This document shows positions 47,990 to 57,381 of a DNA stretch of 64,000 nt, piece after piece (position 1 is the stretch's first letter; the number at the start of each line of letters is the position of its first letter). The notes under the pieces were generated by a model that saw nothing but the letters and a program-made list of their open reading frames with translations, made no database searches and was not told where the DNA came from. The stretch spans positions 4,355 through 68,354 of IMG/VR virus record IMGVR_UViG_3300037461_001731. The stretch is one strand, 5' to 3'. The DNA is from a virus (lineage: Duplodnaviria; Caudoviricetes). A program made the position numbers and the translations under genes.

Positions 47990-48258
47990 TGTTTACAAAC
48001 AAGAGGTTTTTAGGAGCACCGATGAAGTTTAATATTTTTAAAAGATTAGCTGATTTAGAAAATAGTGTTTATGAGCTTATTTTAACTGCGCGAGTACTTA
48101 CAAATTGCTGGATCAAGGACTCTGACAAAATTTTTAAAATTATAGAGGATATTAATAGTTTAAAAAGTTGTATGGTAGTACAAGAGCGGATTTTGACAGA
48201 ATTAACAAGTATGTTGCAGTTAAAGTGTGGAAAGATAGATAAAGATAAGTTAAACTAA
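47989..48258 (+). CDS. small hypothetical protein (likely start ATG 48022)
   Basis: AGGAG RBS before MKFNIFK. Confidence 0.5.
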   Translation: MFTNKRFLGAPMKFNIFKRLADLENSVYELILTARVLTNCWIKDSDKIFKIIEDINSLKSCMVVQERILTELTSMLQLKCGKIDKDKLN

Positions 48259-48283
48259 TAATTTTTATGAAAGGAGTGCTTGT

Positions 48284-48553
48284 ATGTCTGCTAAAATTTG
48301 TCAAAATTGTAAACATTTTGACTTGTTAAATTATCGTTGTAAGGATAAAATGGCTCCTGGAGATCCTAAAAGTACTTGTAATAATTTTATTGATGCTGTT
48401 ACTAAAGATAATTCGAAATCGTGTGACAAGTCTGGCTGCTCAAATTGCGGAAAAAGTACTTGTTCAGCAGACGATTCCGAGGAAGATTTTGAAAAAATCC
48501 TTAAAAATCTTATCGATAAGATATACTTAGGTGATGAAGATGATGACGATTAA
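48284..48553 (+). CDS. Cys4-module protein, acidic tail
   Basis: CQNCKHF..LNYRC...GDPKSTC. Confidence 0.65.
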   Translation: MSAKICQNCKHFDLLNYRCKDKMAPGDPKSTCNNFIDAVTKDNSKSCDKSGCSNCGKSTCSADDSEEDFEKILKNLIDKIYLGDEDDDD

Positions 48554-48585
48554 CTTTAAGATATTTTTGAGAAAGAGGTTTGGTT

Positions 48586-48717
48586 ATGGTTAACTTTTTT
48601 GTTGTTTTGTTTTTATCTGGAATAAGTGTATGTGTTTTTTTAGCTTCTGGTTTTTTTACTGGCTGGAATATTTTTAGTTATAAGCTAATAAAAGCTATTC
48701 GGCAGACGAAGCGTTAA
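48586..48717 (+). CDS. 43-aa membrane peptide (not in the track)
   Basis: GAGG RBS; MVNFFVVLFLSGISVCVFLASGFFTGW... Confidence 0.6.
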   Translation: MVNFFVVLFLSGISVCVFLASGFFTGWNIFSYKLIKAIRQTKR

Positions 48718-48745
48718 ATTTGTTAGAAAGGTTGTGGTGTGAAAT

Positions 48746-48985
48746 ATGTCTGATAAGGTTTGTATAAATTGTAAACATTTTAGTGTTTTTAACCTGAGGT
48801 GTACGCTAAAAGGTTATCCAAGTGAATATTATAAAACATGTGGTTCTTTTTCTAATGTGAATTGTAATAATAATTCAAATTCAAATAATTACGTATACAA
48901 TCAAGATGTTTCTGACAACTATTCAGAAGACAACTTAAAAAAAATGATTGACGAATTAATTGAAGAAGTTTTTACAAAAGATTAG
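48746..48985 (+). CDS. Cys4-module protein, paralog of 48284-48553
   Basis: CINCKHF..FNLRC...YYKTC. Confidence 0.65.
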   Translation: MSDKVCINCKHFSVFNLRCTLKGYPSEYYKTCGSFSNVNCNNNSNSNNYVYNQDVSDNYSEDNLKKMIDELIEEVFTKD

Positions 48986-49000
48986 TGGGAGGAATTTATT

Positions 49001-49132
49001 ATGGCACAATTTTTTTTGATACTACTTTTGTCCGTAGTTGGAATGTTGGTTTTTCTATCTTCTGGATTTTTTATTGGGCGTTTTGTAGCAGAGTTAAAGC
49101 TTAAAAAAGCTTTGAAAGATTTGGATGAGTAA
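49001..49132 (+). CDS. 43-aa membrane peptide, paralog of 48586-48717 (not in the track)
   Basis: GGAGG RBS; MAQFFLILLLSVVGMLVFLSSGFFIG... Confidence 0.6.
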   Translation: MAQFFLILLLSVVGMLVFLSSGFFIGRFVAELKLKKALKDLDE

Positions 49133-49152
49133 ATAGAAAGGTAGGTAAAATT

Positions 49153-49515
49153 GTGGCTGACTACGAAAAAGAACTAAACAGTTTTTTAGAACTTATTGAA
49201 AATACTGGGGTTTCTAAAAGTTTTAAAGAAAAAATGTATCCATTAGTGGAGCGTATTTTTAAAGAATTTGATGGTGAACTTAAAAATGAATTGTTGACTT
49301 TGGCTACAGAGTGTGCTATAACTAAAGCTGAAACTGAAAGTTCATTAGAAAATATAAGAATAAAATTAGGAGAAATGCAAAAAGAAAATGAATATTTAAG
49401 AGAAGCTATTAGAATTACTGTGGATTTAGTTAAAAAGAAAAAAGAAGAATGTGAGAATATAATTTCTAGTCATTATTTAAGTAAGTTAGGTGGAAAGAGT
49501 AGCATCGAGAGCTAA
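49153..49515 (+). CDS. coiled-coil hypothetical protein
   Basis: 120-aa ORF. Confidence 0.55.
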   Translation: MADYEKELNSFLELIENTGVSKSFKEKMYPLVERIFKEFDGELKNELLTLATECAITKAETESSLENIRIKLGEMQKENEYLREAIRITVDLVKKKKEECENIISSHYLSKLGGKSSIES

Positions 49516-50755
49516 AATGTCAAACCTATGCAACGATATGGCTAATGTTCTAACTTATTATAATGTTCCTTTTGAGGAAGACTTTGTTTTTGAAAAGTTT
49601 AATGAGTTAGTTAAGACACTGTCTGAAGAAGATTGGCATTTTCTTTGTAGGAATCTAAGGTTTTCCGAAGAATTTCTGCAAAAATTTGGTGAGAACTTAA
49701 ACTGGAACTTAGTTTCTTTGTTTCAAAAATTATCAGAGAGTTTTATAGAAAAAAATATAAAAAAAATAAATATTTTAAGTTTATCTGCTTATGTTAAGCT
49801 GTCTCCTGAATTCATAGATAGATACATAGATATGCTTGATCTTGAAATTTTGGTAAAAAGGCAGTTTCTCCCAGATTGGCTGATTGAAAAACATATTGAG
49901 TTATTTAAAGTTTCTTTTTTTAGTAAGCTTGACAATAAGAACATTACGTATTTAAAATTATGTGGAAGGCATCAAATTTTAGAAGAAGATCTTATTAAAA
50001 AGTACATAGAATATTTTGATTTTGAAGACCTTATCAGAAATCAACCATTGTCTGCCTTTTTTTTGGAGGACAATGTTGAAAAAATTAATTTTAAGCTAAT
50101 TTCATGTTTTCAAGTTCTATCTGAAAATTTTATTGAAAAACATTTAGAAAAATTTACATTTAAGCATTTGGCTAAGTACCAAAAGCTTTCGGAAGAGTTC
50201 ATTGATAAATATTTTAATAATTTTGTAAAAGATGAGGCTATTTCTTACTTGTGTAAGTACCAAGCCTTGTCAAAAAAGATTGTTAATAAATACATAAAAC
50301 TTTTAGATGAAGAAGCCCTTGGAAAGTATCAAATGCTTCCAAAAGGTTTTTTGAGTAAAAATGGGGTAAAAGTAAGCGAAGAGAATTGGTTTCATAAATC
50401 TAAAAATTTTAAAATCAATTATTTAAAGAATAACACAAAGTGTGAAATTGTGGATAACAACTATATTATAGCTTATATGGGCGTAAGATACAAAAATTAC
50501 GCTTTAGATAATTTTAGGAATAAATTCCTTGTTGATGTAAAGTATAAGGCATCGTGTAATGACTACATAGAAGGTCGCAAAGGTTCCGGGTTTATGGTGT
50601 GGCTAGATCCGGATTTAGCGGATCTTTTTTATGACAGTGATAAAGTGTTAAAAGTAAAAGTAAATATAAAAGACATAAGTTATATTCATCTAAAGGATGA
50701 TTTTATAAATGGGTGCGTTAACTGCTATGCGTTAGTAGTACTCAAGGAGATTTAG
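49490..50755 (+). CDS. divergent Trp-repeat family protein with extra C-terminal domain (probable start 49517)
   Basis: 23-aa periodic units such as FSEEFLQKFGENLNWNLVSLFQK and LSEEFIDKY; about 120-aa non-repetitive C-domain. Confidence 0.75.
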   Translation: MERVASRAKMSNLCNDMANVLTYYNVPFEEDFVFEKFNELVKTLSEEDWHFLCRNLRFSEEFLQKFGENLNWNLVSLFQKLSESFIEKNIKKINILSLSAYVKLSPEFIDRYIDMLDLEILVKRQFLPDWLIEKHIELFKVSFFSKLDNKNITYLKLCGRHQILEEDLIKKYIEYFDFEDLIRNQPLSAFFLEDNVEKINFKLISCFQVLSENFIEKHLEKFTFKHLAKYQKLSEEFIDKYFNNFVKDEAISYLCKYQALSKKIVNKYIKLLDEEALGKYQMLPKGFLSKNGVKVSEENWFHKSKNFKINYLKNNTKCEIVDNNYIIAYMGVRYKNYALDNFRNKFLVDVKYKASCNDYIEGRKGSGFMVWLDPDLADLFYDSDKVLKVKVNIKDISYIHLKDDFINGCVNCYALVVLKEI

Positions 50756-50757
50756 CC

Positions 50758-51015
50758 GTGGTTAGAATTGAAGGTCCGTTTTTTTATAAAAGCTATGACT
50801 TTGAATTAAATGGTTTGCCTTATTACCGGATTGAGTTAAAGGGCACTAAGCTTGTAAATCCAGAAGAAATTTTTAAAAATAAAGAGTATCCCTTAATTAT
50901 AAGGGAATTTAAGTATTTTGATATTTTATCAGAAGCTATTGTTTTTAAAAGCTATGAAGAACTATTTAACTGGCTTAATCAGAAGGGTTATGTAGCGCTA
51001 GATAAGACTGATTGA
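50758..51015 (+). CDS. hypothetical protein
   Basis: 85-aa ORF. Confidence 0.5.
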   Translation: MVRIEGPFFYKSYDFELNGLPYYRIELKGTKLVNPEEIFKNKEYPLIIREFKYFDILSEAIVFKSYEELFNWLNQKGYVALDKTD

Positions 51016-51107
51016 AATTAAAAAAAAATTATGTATGTTATTTGCTTGACAGAAGCGTTAAATTAGTGCTACTTTTAGTTATAAAACTTTCTTGAGTACT
51101 AAAGTAC

Positions 51108-51470
51108 TTGAGGTTTACCTTTCTGGAGAAACAAATGCGGGAAGAAAAAATTAACATAATAACTTGGTTATGCTATTTATTAGTATTTGGGGTTGTCTGC
51201 TGTTTTATGATTTCTGTTTTTTTAAAGAATGGGGTAACCTATGGAGAATTGAAAAATTTTGTCTTTTATAGTAGTATTGGATTTTCTTGTTTGTTTTTGA
51301 TTAATGTTATACATTCGGTTTTTGATGGTGGTTTATTTTCTACGGCTATAATTGTACTGTTAGCAGTTATACTCATTATTTGTGTGTCTATTTTTACATA
51401 TTATGCATATTATTTTTCTTTATACATTCGTCCAGTTATAGACCATTTTTTATCGATTTTTTCGCTTTAA
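51108..51470 (+). CDS. membrane protein
   Basis: Three hydrophobic segments; TTGACA promoter at 51046. Confidence 0.6.
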   Translation: MRFTFLEKQMREEKINIITWLCYLLVFGVVCCFMISVFLKNGVTYGELKNFVFYSSIGFSCLFLINVIHSVFDGGLFSTAIIVLLAVILIICVSIFTYYAYYFSLYIRPVIDHFLSIFSL

Positions 51471-51475
51471 AATTC

Positions 51476-51504
51476 TTGACAAAAAGAATAAGTTGAGTTA
51501 TGTT
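51476..51504 (+). promoter_or_regulatory. sigma70-type promoter
   Basis: TTGACA-17 bp-TATGTT. Confidence 0.6.
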
Positions 51505-51877
51505 TTTAGTAGGAAAGAGGTTTACATGTTTTTTAGTAAAAATAAAATAGAAGGTTTGAGCGAACTTTTATTTCTAATAAAAAAAGTTTTTAGCTTTTCT
51601 ACGCTGAAAGTTGAGCTAAAAAGGATTGTCAAAAAGTTTAACCTGTAATATTTTGTGAGGTAGTTATGTCTAAAAGTTTTTGTATTGTGGTAATTCTTAT
51701 TGTTTTATGTTTTGTTGTGTATCATACATTTATTCAAAATAAAATGGATTCTATCATATTAAATATAGAAGAGGTAAAGTATGATGTTAATTATTTGTAT
51801 GAACAAATGTACGAACTTTGTACGGGAAAAGTTGGATATTGATAATACGATTAGGTAAAATTTAGGAAAATATAAAA

Positions 51878-52516
51878 ATGGCAAAGTTATATTTTAAGTA
51901 CGGGACTGTTAGCAGCGCAAAAACTTTGAATCTTCTTGCTGTAGCACACAGTTATAAAAGTCAAAATAAGAAAGTTCTTCTGGTAAAACCTGAAATAGAT
52001 TCTCGTTGGGGGAAAGACGTGATAAAATCTAGAGCAGGTTTAGAGCAAAAAGCTGATATTGTATTAACAGATATTTCAGACATTTTAAATAATTCGGATA
52101 TTCGTAATTCTGAATTAGCGTGTGTTCTAGTAGATGAGGCTCAATTTTTGTCTCATTCTGCGATTAATGCTCTACGTTTTGTTGCTACGTCTTTAGACGT
52201 TCCAGTAATCTGTTATGGGCTTAGATCAGATTTTAAATCTTTTCTATTTGAAGGCTCTAGAAGGTTGTTTGAAATAGCGGATTCTATAGAAGAAATAGAA
52301 AACACTTGCTTTTTTTGTAATAAGAAAGCTACTCAAAATCTTAAACACGTTAACGGAAAACCAACGATTTTTGGGGATAGTATAGATTTAGGTGCAGAAG
52401 AGAAGTATTTGCCCGTTTGTTATGCTTGTTATGAACATAAGATAGCTAGTAGCTACGAAGGATCTTTGAAGGTCAGAATAGACGGTAGCACGTTTGACGA
52501 GAATTTGGTTGGGTGA
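51878..52516 (+). CDS. tdk: thymidine kinase
   Basis: YFKYGTVSSAKT, VDEAQF, YGLRSDF, CxxC...CxxC. Confidence 0.93.
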   Translation: MAKLYFKYGTVSSAKTLNLLAVAHSYKSQNKKVLLVKPEIDSRWGKDVIKSRAGLEQKADIVLTDISDILNNSDIRNSELACVLVDEAQFLSHSAINALRFVATSLDVPVICYGLRSDFKSFLFEGSRRLFEIADSIEEIENTCFFCNKKATQNLKHVNGKPTIFGDSIDLGAEEKYLPVCYACYEHKIASSYEGSLKVRIDGSTFDENLVG

Positions 52517-52522
52517 ATTATA

Positions 52523-52780
52523 ATGGATATAAGTTATTGCGAAATGGATAATATGAAATGTGTAAGGTTTACCTTCTCAGACGATTTTTTGCTGTATATG
52601 ACTGAAGTGGATGTAGAATTTTTAGTGGATATATTTGATAGATTGTTAAAGATCAAAGGTTATTTATTGGACTACAACTTAGAATATAAAATTACACATA
52701 AATATAACTATAAAAACGATAATGATGGAGGGTTTGATTTAGTAATAACTTTTCAAACACCGATTAATGGGAACGAATAA
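52523..52780 (+). CDS. hypothetical protein
   Basis: 85-aa ORF. Confidence 0.5.
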   Translation: MDISYCEMDNMKCVRFTFSDDFLLYMTEVDVEFLVDIFDRLLKIKGYLLDYNLEYKITHKYNYKNDNDGGFDLVITFQTPINGNE

Positions 52781-52992
52781 GTATTATAAATTTTATAATC
52801 ACATAACGTTGGTTTGTTGTGTTATAAATTTTTTAATGTTTTTAGTAGCATATGCAATACATAACAAGGATATGGCGGTATTTCATTGCTTATTGTTTAT
52901 TTATTGTGTATTAGTTTATATTATGAGAAGAAACGGAAGTAGTTAGTTACTTTAACTATAATATTGTAAGTTTTTACTTTTGGAGGATTTTT

Positions 52993-53232
52993 ATGAAAAA
53001 ATATGAAAACACTTCGGTTAAGACAATGTACAAAAATAAAGCAAAATCTTTTGGTTGTAGGTATTCTAAGCTAATTAAGTACGGAAAAATTCAGGTAATT
53101 TTAAATAAAATGGATCAAGAAGAGTTTATTTTGGAATATAAGCCAGAAGATTCTAATATTAGAAAATATGTTCGATGCTCTGGTAGTGACAATTTTGTAA
53201 AAATGGTAAAAGAAAATTTTTTAAATTATTAA
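52993..53232 (+). CDS. hypothetical protein
   Basis: GGAGG RBS, 79 aa. Confidence 0.55.
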   Translation: MKKYENTSVKTMYKNKAKSFGCRYSKLIKYGKIQVILNKMDQEEFILEYKPEDSNIRKYVRCSGSDNFVKMVKENFLNY

Positions 53233-53387
53233 CGATTTATTTTAGATAAGAGTGTATTAATCCTATTTAAACCAGTTATTTGTCTTTTTTAAGAAATTTA
53301 AAAAAATAAAATATTTTTTAGTTGACTTTTTTGTTAAAAAGAGTTAAATTTAACTAAGAAGTTGGCGGTTGCTTTATATAAGGAAAA

Positions 53388-53603
53388 ATGGAAACAAAAC
53401 ACATAAATATTGTGAAAAAAAAGATAACTGGAACTTGCATAGTTAAATCAGTTTCTGGCGAAATTTTATACGAGGGGTCTGCTGAAGGTTTACCTAGTGT
53501 TATTTTGATAGATGATAAAGTCGGGGTTAAAATTGGGTTAACATATTTTGATGTTGACACAGTTGATACTATAAACGGGCAAATTTTAGCAAAAATATTT
53601 TAA
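53388..53603 (+). CDS. hypothetical protein
   Basis: AAGGA RBS, 71 aa. Confidence 0.5.
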   Translation: METKHINIVKKKITGTCIVKSVSGEILYEGSAEGLPSVILIDDKVGVKIGLTYFDVDTVDTINGQILAKIF

Positions 53604-53618
53604 ATAGGAGAAAGAAAA

Positions 53619-53921
53619 ATGGAACCAAAGTATACGTTTGACAATGTTGTGCAATGGGATGATCTACTTAATAACACTTCTCAAGTGTGGGTAGAGCGTA
53701 TTCAGCTTAACTCAAACAGCCTATACAGTGCTATACAAGGGTTTGTGTTGTTTCATATGCAGTCAGCTTTAAGGCAGGGTGTTGAGGAGTATCTAGAATA
53801 CTCTGTCTGCGATAGATGGACTATAGAAGAGTACCAGAAAAAATTTGGTAAGACTAGAGAAAACAACTTGTATGAAGACGAAAAAGTAATTTTCTCATTT
53901 GGAGAAAATACAATTAAGTAA
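53619..53921 (+). CDS. hypothetical protein, paralog of 61771-62079
   Basis: Shared YTFD..V, VWVER, AIQ.FV.F, LRQGVE.Y, WT.EEY..KFGK. Confidence 0.7.
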   Translation: MEPKYTFDNVVQWDDLLNNTSQVWVERIQLNSNSLYSAIQGFVLFHMQSALRQGVEEYLEYSVCDRWTIEEYQKKFGKTRENNLYEDEKVIFSFGENTIK

Positions 53922-53933
53922 TTGGGGGCTATA

Positions 53934-54095
53934 ATGGACACTAAAAAATGTTGTATATGTGGAAAAGAGACTACTAAAGTATGTGAAGAAATTGATTATA
54001 TTTTGCCATGTGGCATGCCTGTTTGCGACAAATGCAAAAAAGAGCATTTTAGGAGATCTCATGATTTTTCCAACTTTAAAGAAAACGTGTATTGA
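53934..54095 (+). CDS. 53-aa Cys-rich protein (not in the track)
   Basis: MDTKKCCICGKETTKVCEEIDYILPCGMPVCDKC..., translated by hand. Confidence 0.5.
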   Translation: MDTKKCCICGKETTKVCEEIDYILPCGMPVCDKCKKEHFRRSHDFSNFKENVY

Positions 54096-54420
54096 AAAAG
54101 AAATAAATACTGTTTGTGCTTATTTCATAGGTTTGTTTGTATTAAATACTTGCGATATCTTTTTTACGTTGTATGCGTTAGACCATGGATTTTTTGAAGC
54201 TAATTACTTAATGCGAAAATTGATAGAATTTTCCCCAATAGCTTTTATTTTTGTAAAGAACATTATTATAATATTGTGTTTAGCTATTTTTAGCTATGCG
54301 TTTGATTGTGGAAAATTTGATAGTAAGTTCATTATAAATATTTTAAAGTTTGTGACAAGTATTTATTTATTTGTATTGTTTATTCATATTTTTAATATGA
54401 CTATAATTTTTGGAGGTTAA
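54061..54420 (+). CDS. DUF5658-like membrane protein
   Basis: LNTCDIFFTLYAL..G..EANYLM with transmembrane segments. Confidence 0.6.
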   Translation: MIFPTLKKTCIEKEINTVCAYFIGLFVLNTCDIFFTLYALDHGFFEANYLMRKLIEFSPIAFIFVKNIIIILCLAIFSYAFDCGKFDSKFIINILKFVTSIYLFVLFIHIFNMTIIFGG

Positions 54421-54847
54421 CATGTCTGAAATAATTTATCCAAATTTTGTTGGAGATTTAGCGGAATTAGTGGGTAAACCTACAGTTGCGAATGATGCTT
54501 TTTATGGATGTTTAGCTATAAATAAAAAATTAAATTCTTTTATTTTAATTTCTAACTCTATAAAGCCGAAAGATGATTTAGCTATTCCTCTTTCACCTGG
54601 ATATTATTTTGAATTGGTTACAGAAGATCATCCAACATTGGGGAAAGATTTAGATTATGTTGAAGAAATATGTTCTAATATTGACTGGTCGCTTTTATCT
54701 TCGGATTGGGAATATAGCTCTATGAATGTGTCTAAACTTTTTGTAAAATGTAATATGTGCAAACACTTCTCTTTGCTTAACTTGTACTGCAATTTGACAA
54801 ATAAGCGAAAAGATCCAGGAAGTGGTTGTTATTGTGGGGAATTGTAA
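54410..54847 (+). CDS. hypothetical protein with C-terminal Cys4 module
   Basis: CNMCKHFSLLNLYC...KDPGSGC. Confidence 0.6.
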   Translation: MEVNMSEIIYPNFVGDLAELVGKPTVANDAFYGCLAINKKLNSFILISNSIKPKDDLAIPLSPGYYFELVTEDHPTLGKDLDYVEEICSNIDWSLLSSDWEYSSMNVSKLFVKCNMCKHFSLLNLYCNLTNKRKDPGSGCYCGEL

Positions 54848-54866
54848 TGTGGGTTAATACGCGTAT

Positions 54867-55337
54867 TTACTTTGTTTCCTCAAACAATATATAACATATT
54901 AAACTTTCTATCACTCCTTCAGTATTTACTGGACTAGCACAATTCCCGTATCGCTCTAGGCTAATTTCCATGTTATGTAGGATAGCGTCTTTTTGACTAC
55001 AAATTAGTCTTTTTTTGTTGATTTCTTTTGTAAAGACTGATTTTCCAGACAAAATCATTTGCTTATAGTACTCCGTTGGGATTTTTTCTAAAATTAAGCT
55101 ATTATAATAAATTAAACCATATAAAAGTTCTTGTTTTGGGGATTTCGTTGTTATAAAGTCATTAAAATCTTCGTTAACTTTTGCTAGTACTTTTTCTTCT
55201 AATTTTGAGAAAAAATACAAAAAGTTTTCTTTTTTTATTTCTGTTATAAAATCGCAAAATTTTTCTATATTTTTCATTTTTTTCTCCAAAAAAGCAGTTG
55301 ATTTAGTATTTAAGATAACCTTTTTGCTTGAATTCAT
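54867..55337 (-). CDS. hypothetical protein (probable start at MKNIEK)
   Basis: Follows the minus-strand repeat genes; GGAG RBS before MKNIEK. Confidence 0.55.
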   Translation of the reverse strand: MNSSKKVILNTKSTAFLEKKMKNIEKFCDFITEIKKENFLYFFSKLEEKVLAKVNEDFNDFITTKSPKQELLYGLIYYNSLILEKIPTEYYKQMILSGKSVFTKEINKKRLICSQKDAILHNMEISLERYGNCASPVNTEGVIESLICYILFEETK

Positions 55338-55677
55338 TAATGAAACTGGTTGATAGCCTTTGATTGTTAACTATATAACCCCAATCAACTTCATCTTTAA
55401 ATTCTCTGATGAAATCTTCTGATAATTTTTGACACATTGAAATCCATGTCCAGTTAACCTTATCTTTAAATTCTCTGATAAAATTTTCTGATAGTTTTTG
55501 ATATTGTAAAATAAAACGCCAGTCAACTTTATCCTTAAATTCTCTAATAAAATCTTCTGATAGCTTAACATAATTACTCACTTCTTTCCAAAAATCCTTT
55601 AATAAGTCTTTTTTATCATTAGGATATTTCTGCTTATACTGATTAATAACATCTTTTAACATATCTTTTTTATTCAT
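55303..55677 (-). CDS. Trp-repeat protein, type A cap, 3 modules (array 2)
   Basis: MNKKDMLKDVINQYKQ cap + repeats + FINEFKQKGYLKY. Confidence 0.9.
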   Translation of the reverse strand: MNKKDMLKDVINQYKQKYPNDKKDLLKDFWKEVSNYVKLSEDFIREFKDKVDWRFILQYQKLSENFIREFKDKVNWTWISMCQKLSEDFIREFKDEVDWGYIVNNQRLSTSFINEFKQKGYLKY

Positions 55678-56138
55678 TTAATATAACCTTTCTGCTTGAA
55701 TTCTCGTATGAAATCTTCTGACAATGTTTGATATTTTGATATATGATACCAACTAACTTTATCTTTAAATTCTCTAATGAAATCTTCTGATAATTTTTGA
55801 CCCCATGAAATATTTTTCCAATTAACTTTATCCTTAAATTCTCGTATGAAGTCTTCTGACAATGTTTGATGCCATGAAATACAATACCAACTAACCTTAT
55901 CTTGAAACTCTCTAATGAAGTCTTCCGATAGTGTTTGCTTATGAGAAATATGATCCCAGACAACCTCATCCTTAAATTCTCTAATGAAATCTTCTGATAA
56001 TTTTTTAGCCCATGAAATGCTGCCCCAGTCACCCGTATCTTTAAATTCTCTAATGAAATCTTCTGGTAATTTTTTTTCTTTAGAAATTTTCTTCCAATCT
56101 ATATATTCAATAAGTATATATATATTTATTTTATTCAT
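55674..56138 (-). CDS. Trp-repeat protein, type B cap, 5 modules (array 2)
   Basis: Start at the ATGA junction (MNKINIY). Confidence 0.9.
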   Translation of the reverse strand: MNKINIYILIEYIDWKKISKEKKLPEDFIREFKDTGDWGSISWAKKLSEDFIREFKDEVVWDHISHKQTLSEDFIREFQDKVSWYCISWHQTLSEDFIREFKDKVNWKNISWGQKLSEDFIREFKDKVSWYHISKYQTLSEDFIREFKQKGYIK

Positions 56139-56190
56139 TCTATATACCATTTCTGCTTGAATTCATTAATGAAATTTTCAGATTATGTGA
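56135..56190 (-). pseudogene. orphan, inactivated C-cap/junction (SENFINEFKQKWYIE*)
   Basis: Matches the conserved gene end, but ACATAA replaces ACATTA and there is no upstream gene. Confidence 0.8.
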
Positions 56191-56217
56191 TTTCTTTATT
56201 TCTTGAACCATAGTAAT

Positions 56218-56298
56218 AATATAGCCGAAAGCTTAAGGATTGTCAATAAAAAAATTAAATATTTTTTTATTGACTCTTCAAAAAAAATATGGTACAAG
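56218..56298. promoter_or_regulatory. back-to-back divergent sigma70 promoters on a 14-bp inverted repeat
   Basis: Minus: TTGACA(56246-41)-17-TATATT; plus: TTGACT(56270-75)-17-TACAAG; GTCAATAAAAAAAT / ATTTTTTTATTGAC. Confidence 0.7.
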
Positions 56299-56387
56299 TT
56301 GCCAGAAGCTCTTGTTTTTAGGATACGTAGGCTTGTTTGTGGTATAATAACTAAAAGGGTGCAAGTTATATTAAGTAGGATTAAATA

Positions 56388-56624
56388 ATGGAAAAAGCAG
56401 CTAAAATCAGTAATTTGAAGAGAAAAAAATCCCAGAATGTTGATTTCTTTACAGAAAAGCCAAAACAAAATTTTTCATTTTCTGATATAAAAAACGTAGT
56501 AAAAAACTTATCTGATTTAGGCTATTCGGATATAGACATTCTTATTTACCTTGCCGAACAATTTAAAGATAAAGAGAAGATATTAAAGATATTGAAAGAT
56601 CTTAGATTAGCGGGGGAATTTTAA
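56388..56624 (+). CDS. hypothetical protein
   Basis: 78 aa, AGGA RBS. Confidence 0.5.
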   Translation: MEKAAKISNLKRKKSQNVDFFTEKPKQNFSFSDIKNVVKNLSDLGYSDIDILIYLAEQFKDKEKILKILKDLRLAGEF

Positions 56625-56758
56625 TGAGTAAAGTAATTAAAAAGTTTAAAAGTTCTACTATTTTATTTAAAATAGGTTGTATTGTAGTGTTTCTTCAAGT
56701 TGTTAATTTACTTGTCTATTTTTAAAATAATATTAATCTTAAGTTCAAAATTTTTTAC

Positions 56759-56787
56759 TTGACATTCTGCTTTTAGCGTGGTATTTT
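56759..56787 (+). promoter_or_regulatory. sigma70-type promoter
   Basis: TTGACA-17 bp-TATTTT with extended TG. Confidence 0.6.
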
Positions 56788-56867
56788 ATAAAAAGATTGG
56801 TGAATTATGTATAAGAATCTTAGTTTACGCTAAGGTTGTTGCAGAGTTAAGGGTTTAAGGTGCGATC

Positions 56868-57122
56868 ATGTTTGATTATGGAAAAAATTTTATTCATATT
56901 TTGAATGATCAAGACTTTATTGTCGGTGAGATAAGCGGTATGTGTGAGTCACATTGCGGTAAAGTAAAATTTTATAACATAAAGTTTTATCAAAGTATCG
57001 AAGACAAGAAGTATTCATCTTATTTGGTTAGTACTGGTCATTTATGGTTCACTCCCAAAAATTTAAAAAATTTTTTGACAAAATATAGTTTGCACACAGA
57101 TCACCCCTTTGATGCGTCATAA
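56868..57122 (+). CDS. hypothetical protein
   Basis: 84-aa ORF. Confidence 0.5.
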   Translation: MFDYGKNFIHILNDQDFIVGEISGMCESHCGKVKFYNIKFYQSIEDKKYSSYLVSTGHLWFTPKNLKNFLTKYSLHTDHPFDAS

Positions 57123-57128
57123 TACAAT

Positions 57129-57359
57129 ATGGAAAAATTTACTTTTCATACTTTTGGCAAGATAAAAAAAGAAGGAAATAAATATTATTTATTAATTCCT
57201 GCTTTTGATATTGATATTTATCATTGTAGTATAAATGAGTTAATCAATTCAGCGGTTAGAATTTTCAAACATAAGTTTAATGATGAAAAAAAATTTGATA
57301 TATATGCTTTTTTAATAGGTAACTATAAGTTAGATATAGTTTTAAAACAAAAAGAATAG
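57129..57359 (+). CDS. hypothetical protein
   Basis: 76-aa ORF. Confidence 0.5.
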   Translation: MEKFTFHTFGKIKKEGNKYYLLIPAFDIDIYHCSINELINSAVRIFKHKFNDEKKFDIYAFLIGNYKLDIVLKQKE

Positions 57360-57381
57360 CTAACAGTTAAAAGATTGATGA

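Noticed and set aside
54856-56298. Recombinase-controlled invertible (phase-variable) segment
   Set aside because: I found no matching inverted repeats at the two ends and no invertase; the block has its own promoter. Only homology-driven inversion is kept as a hypothesis.
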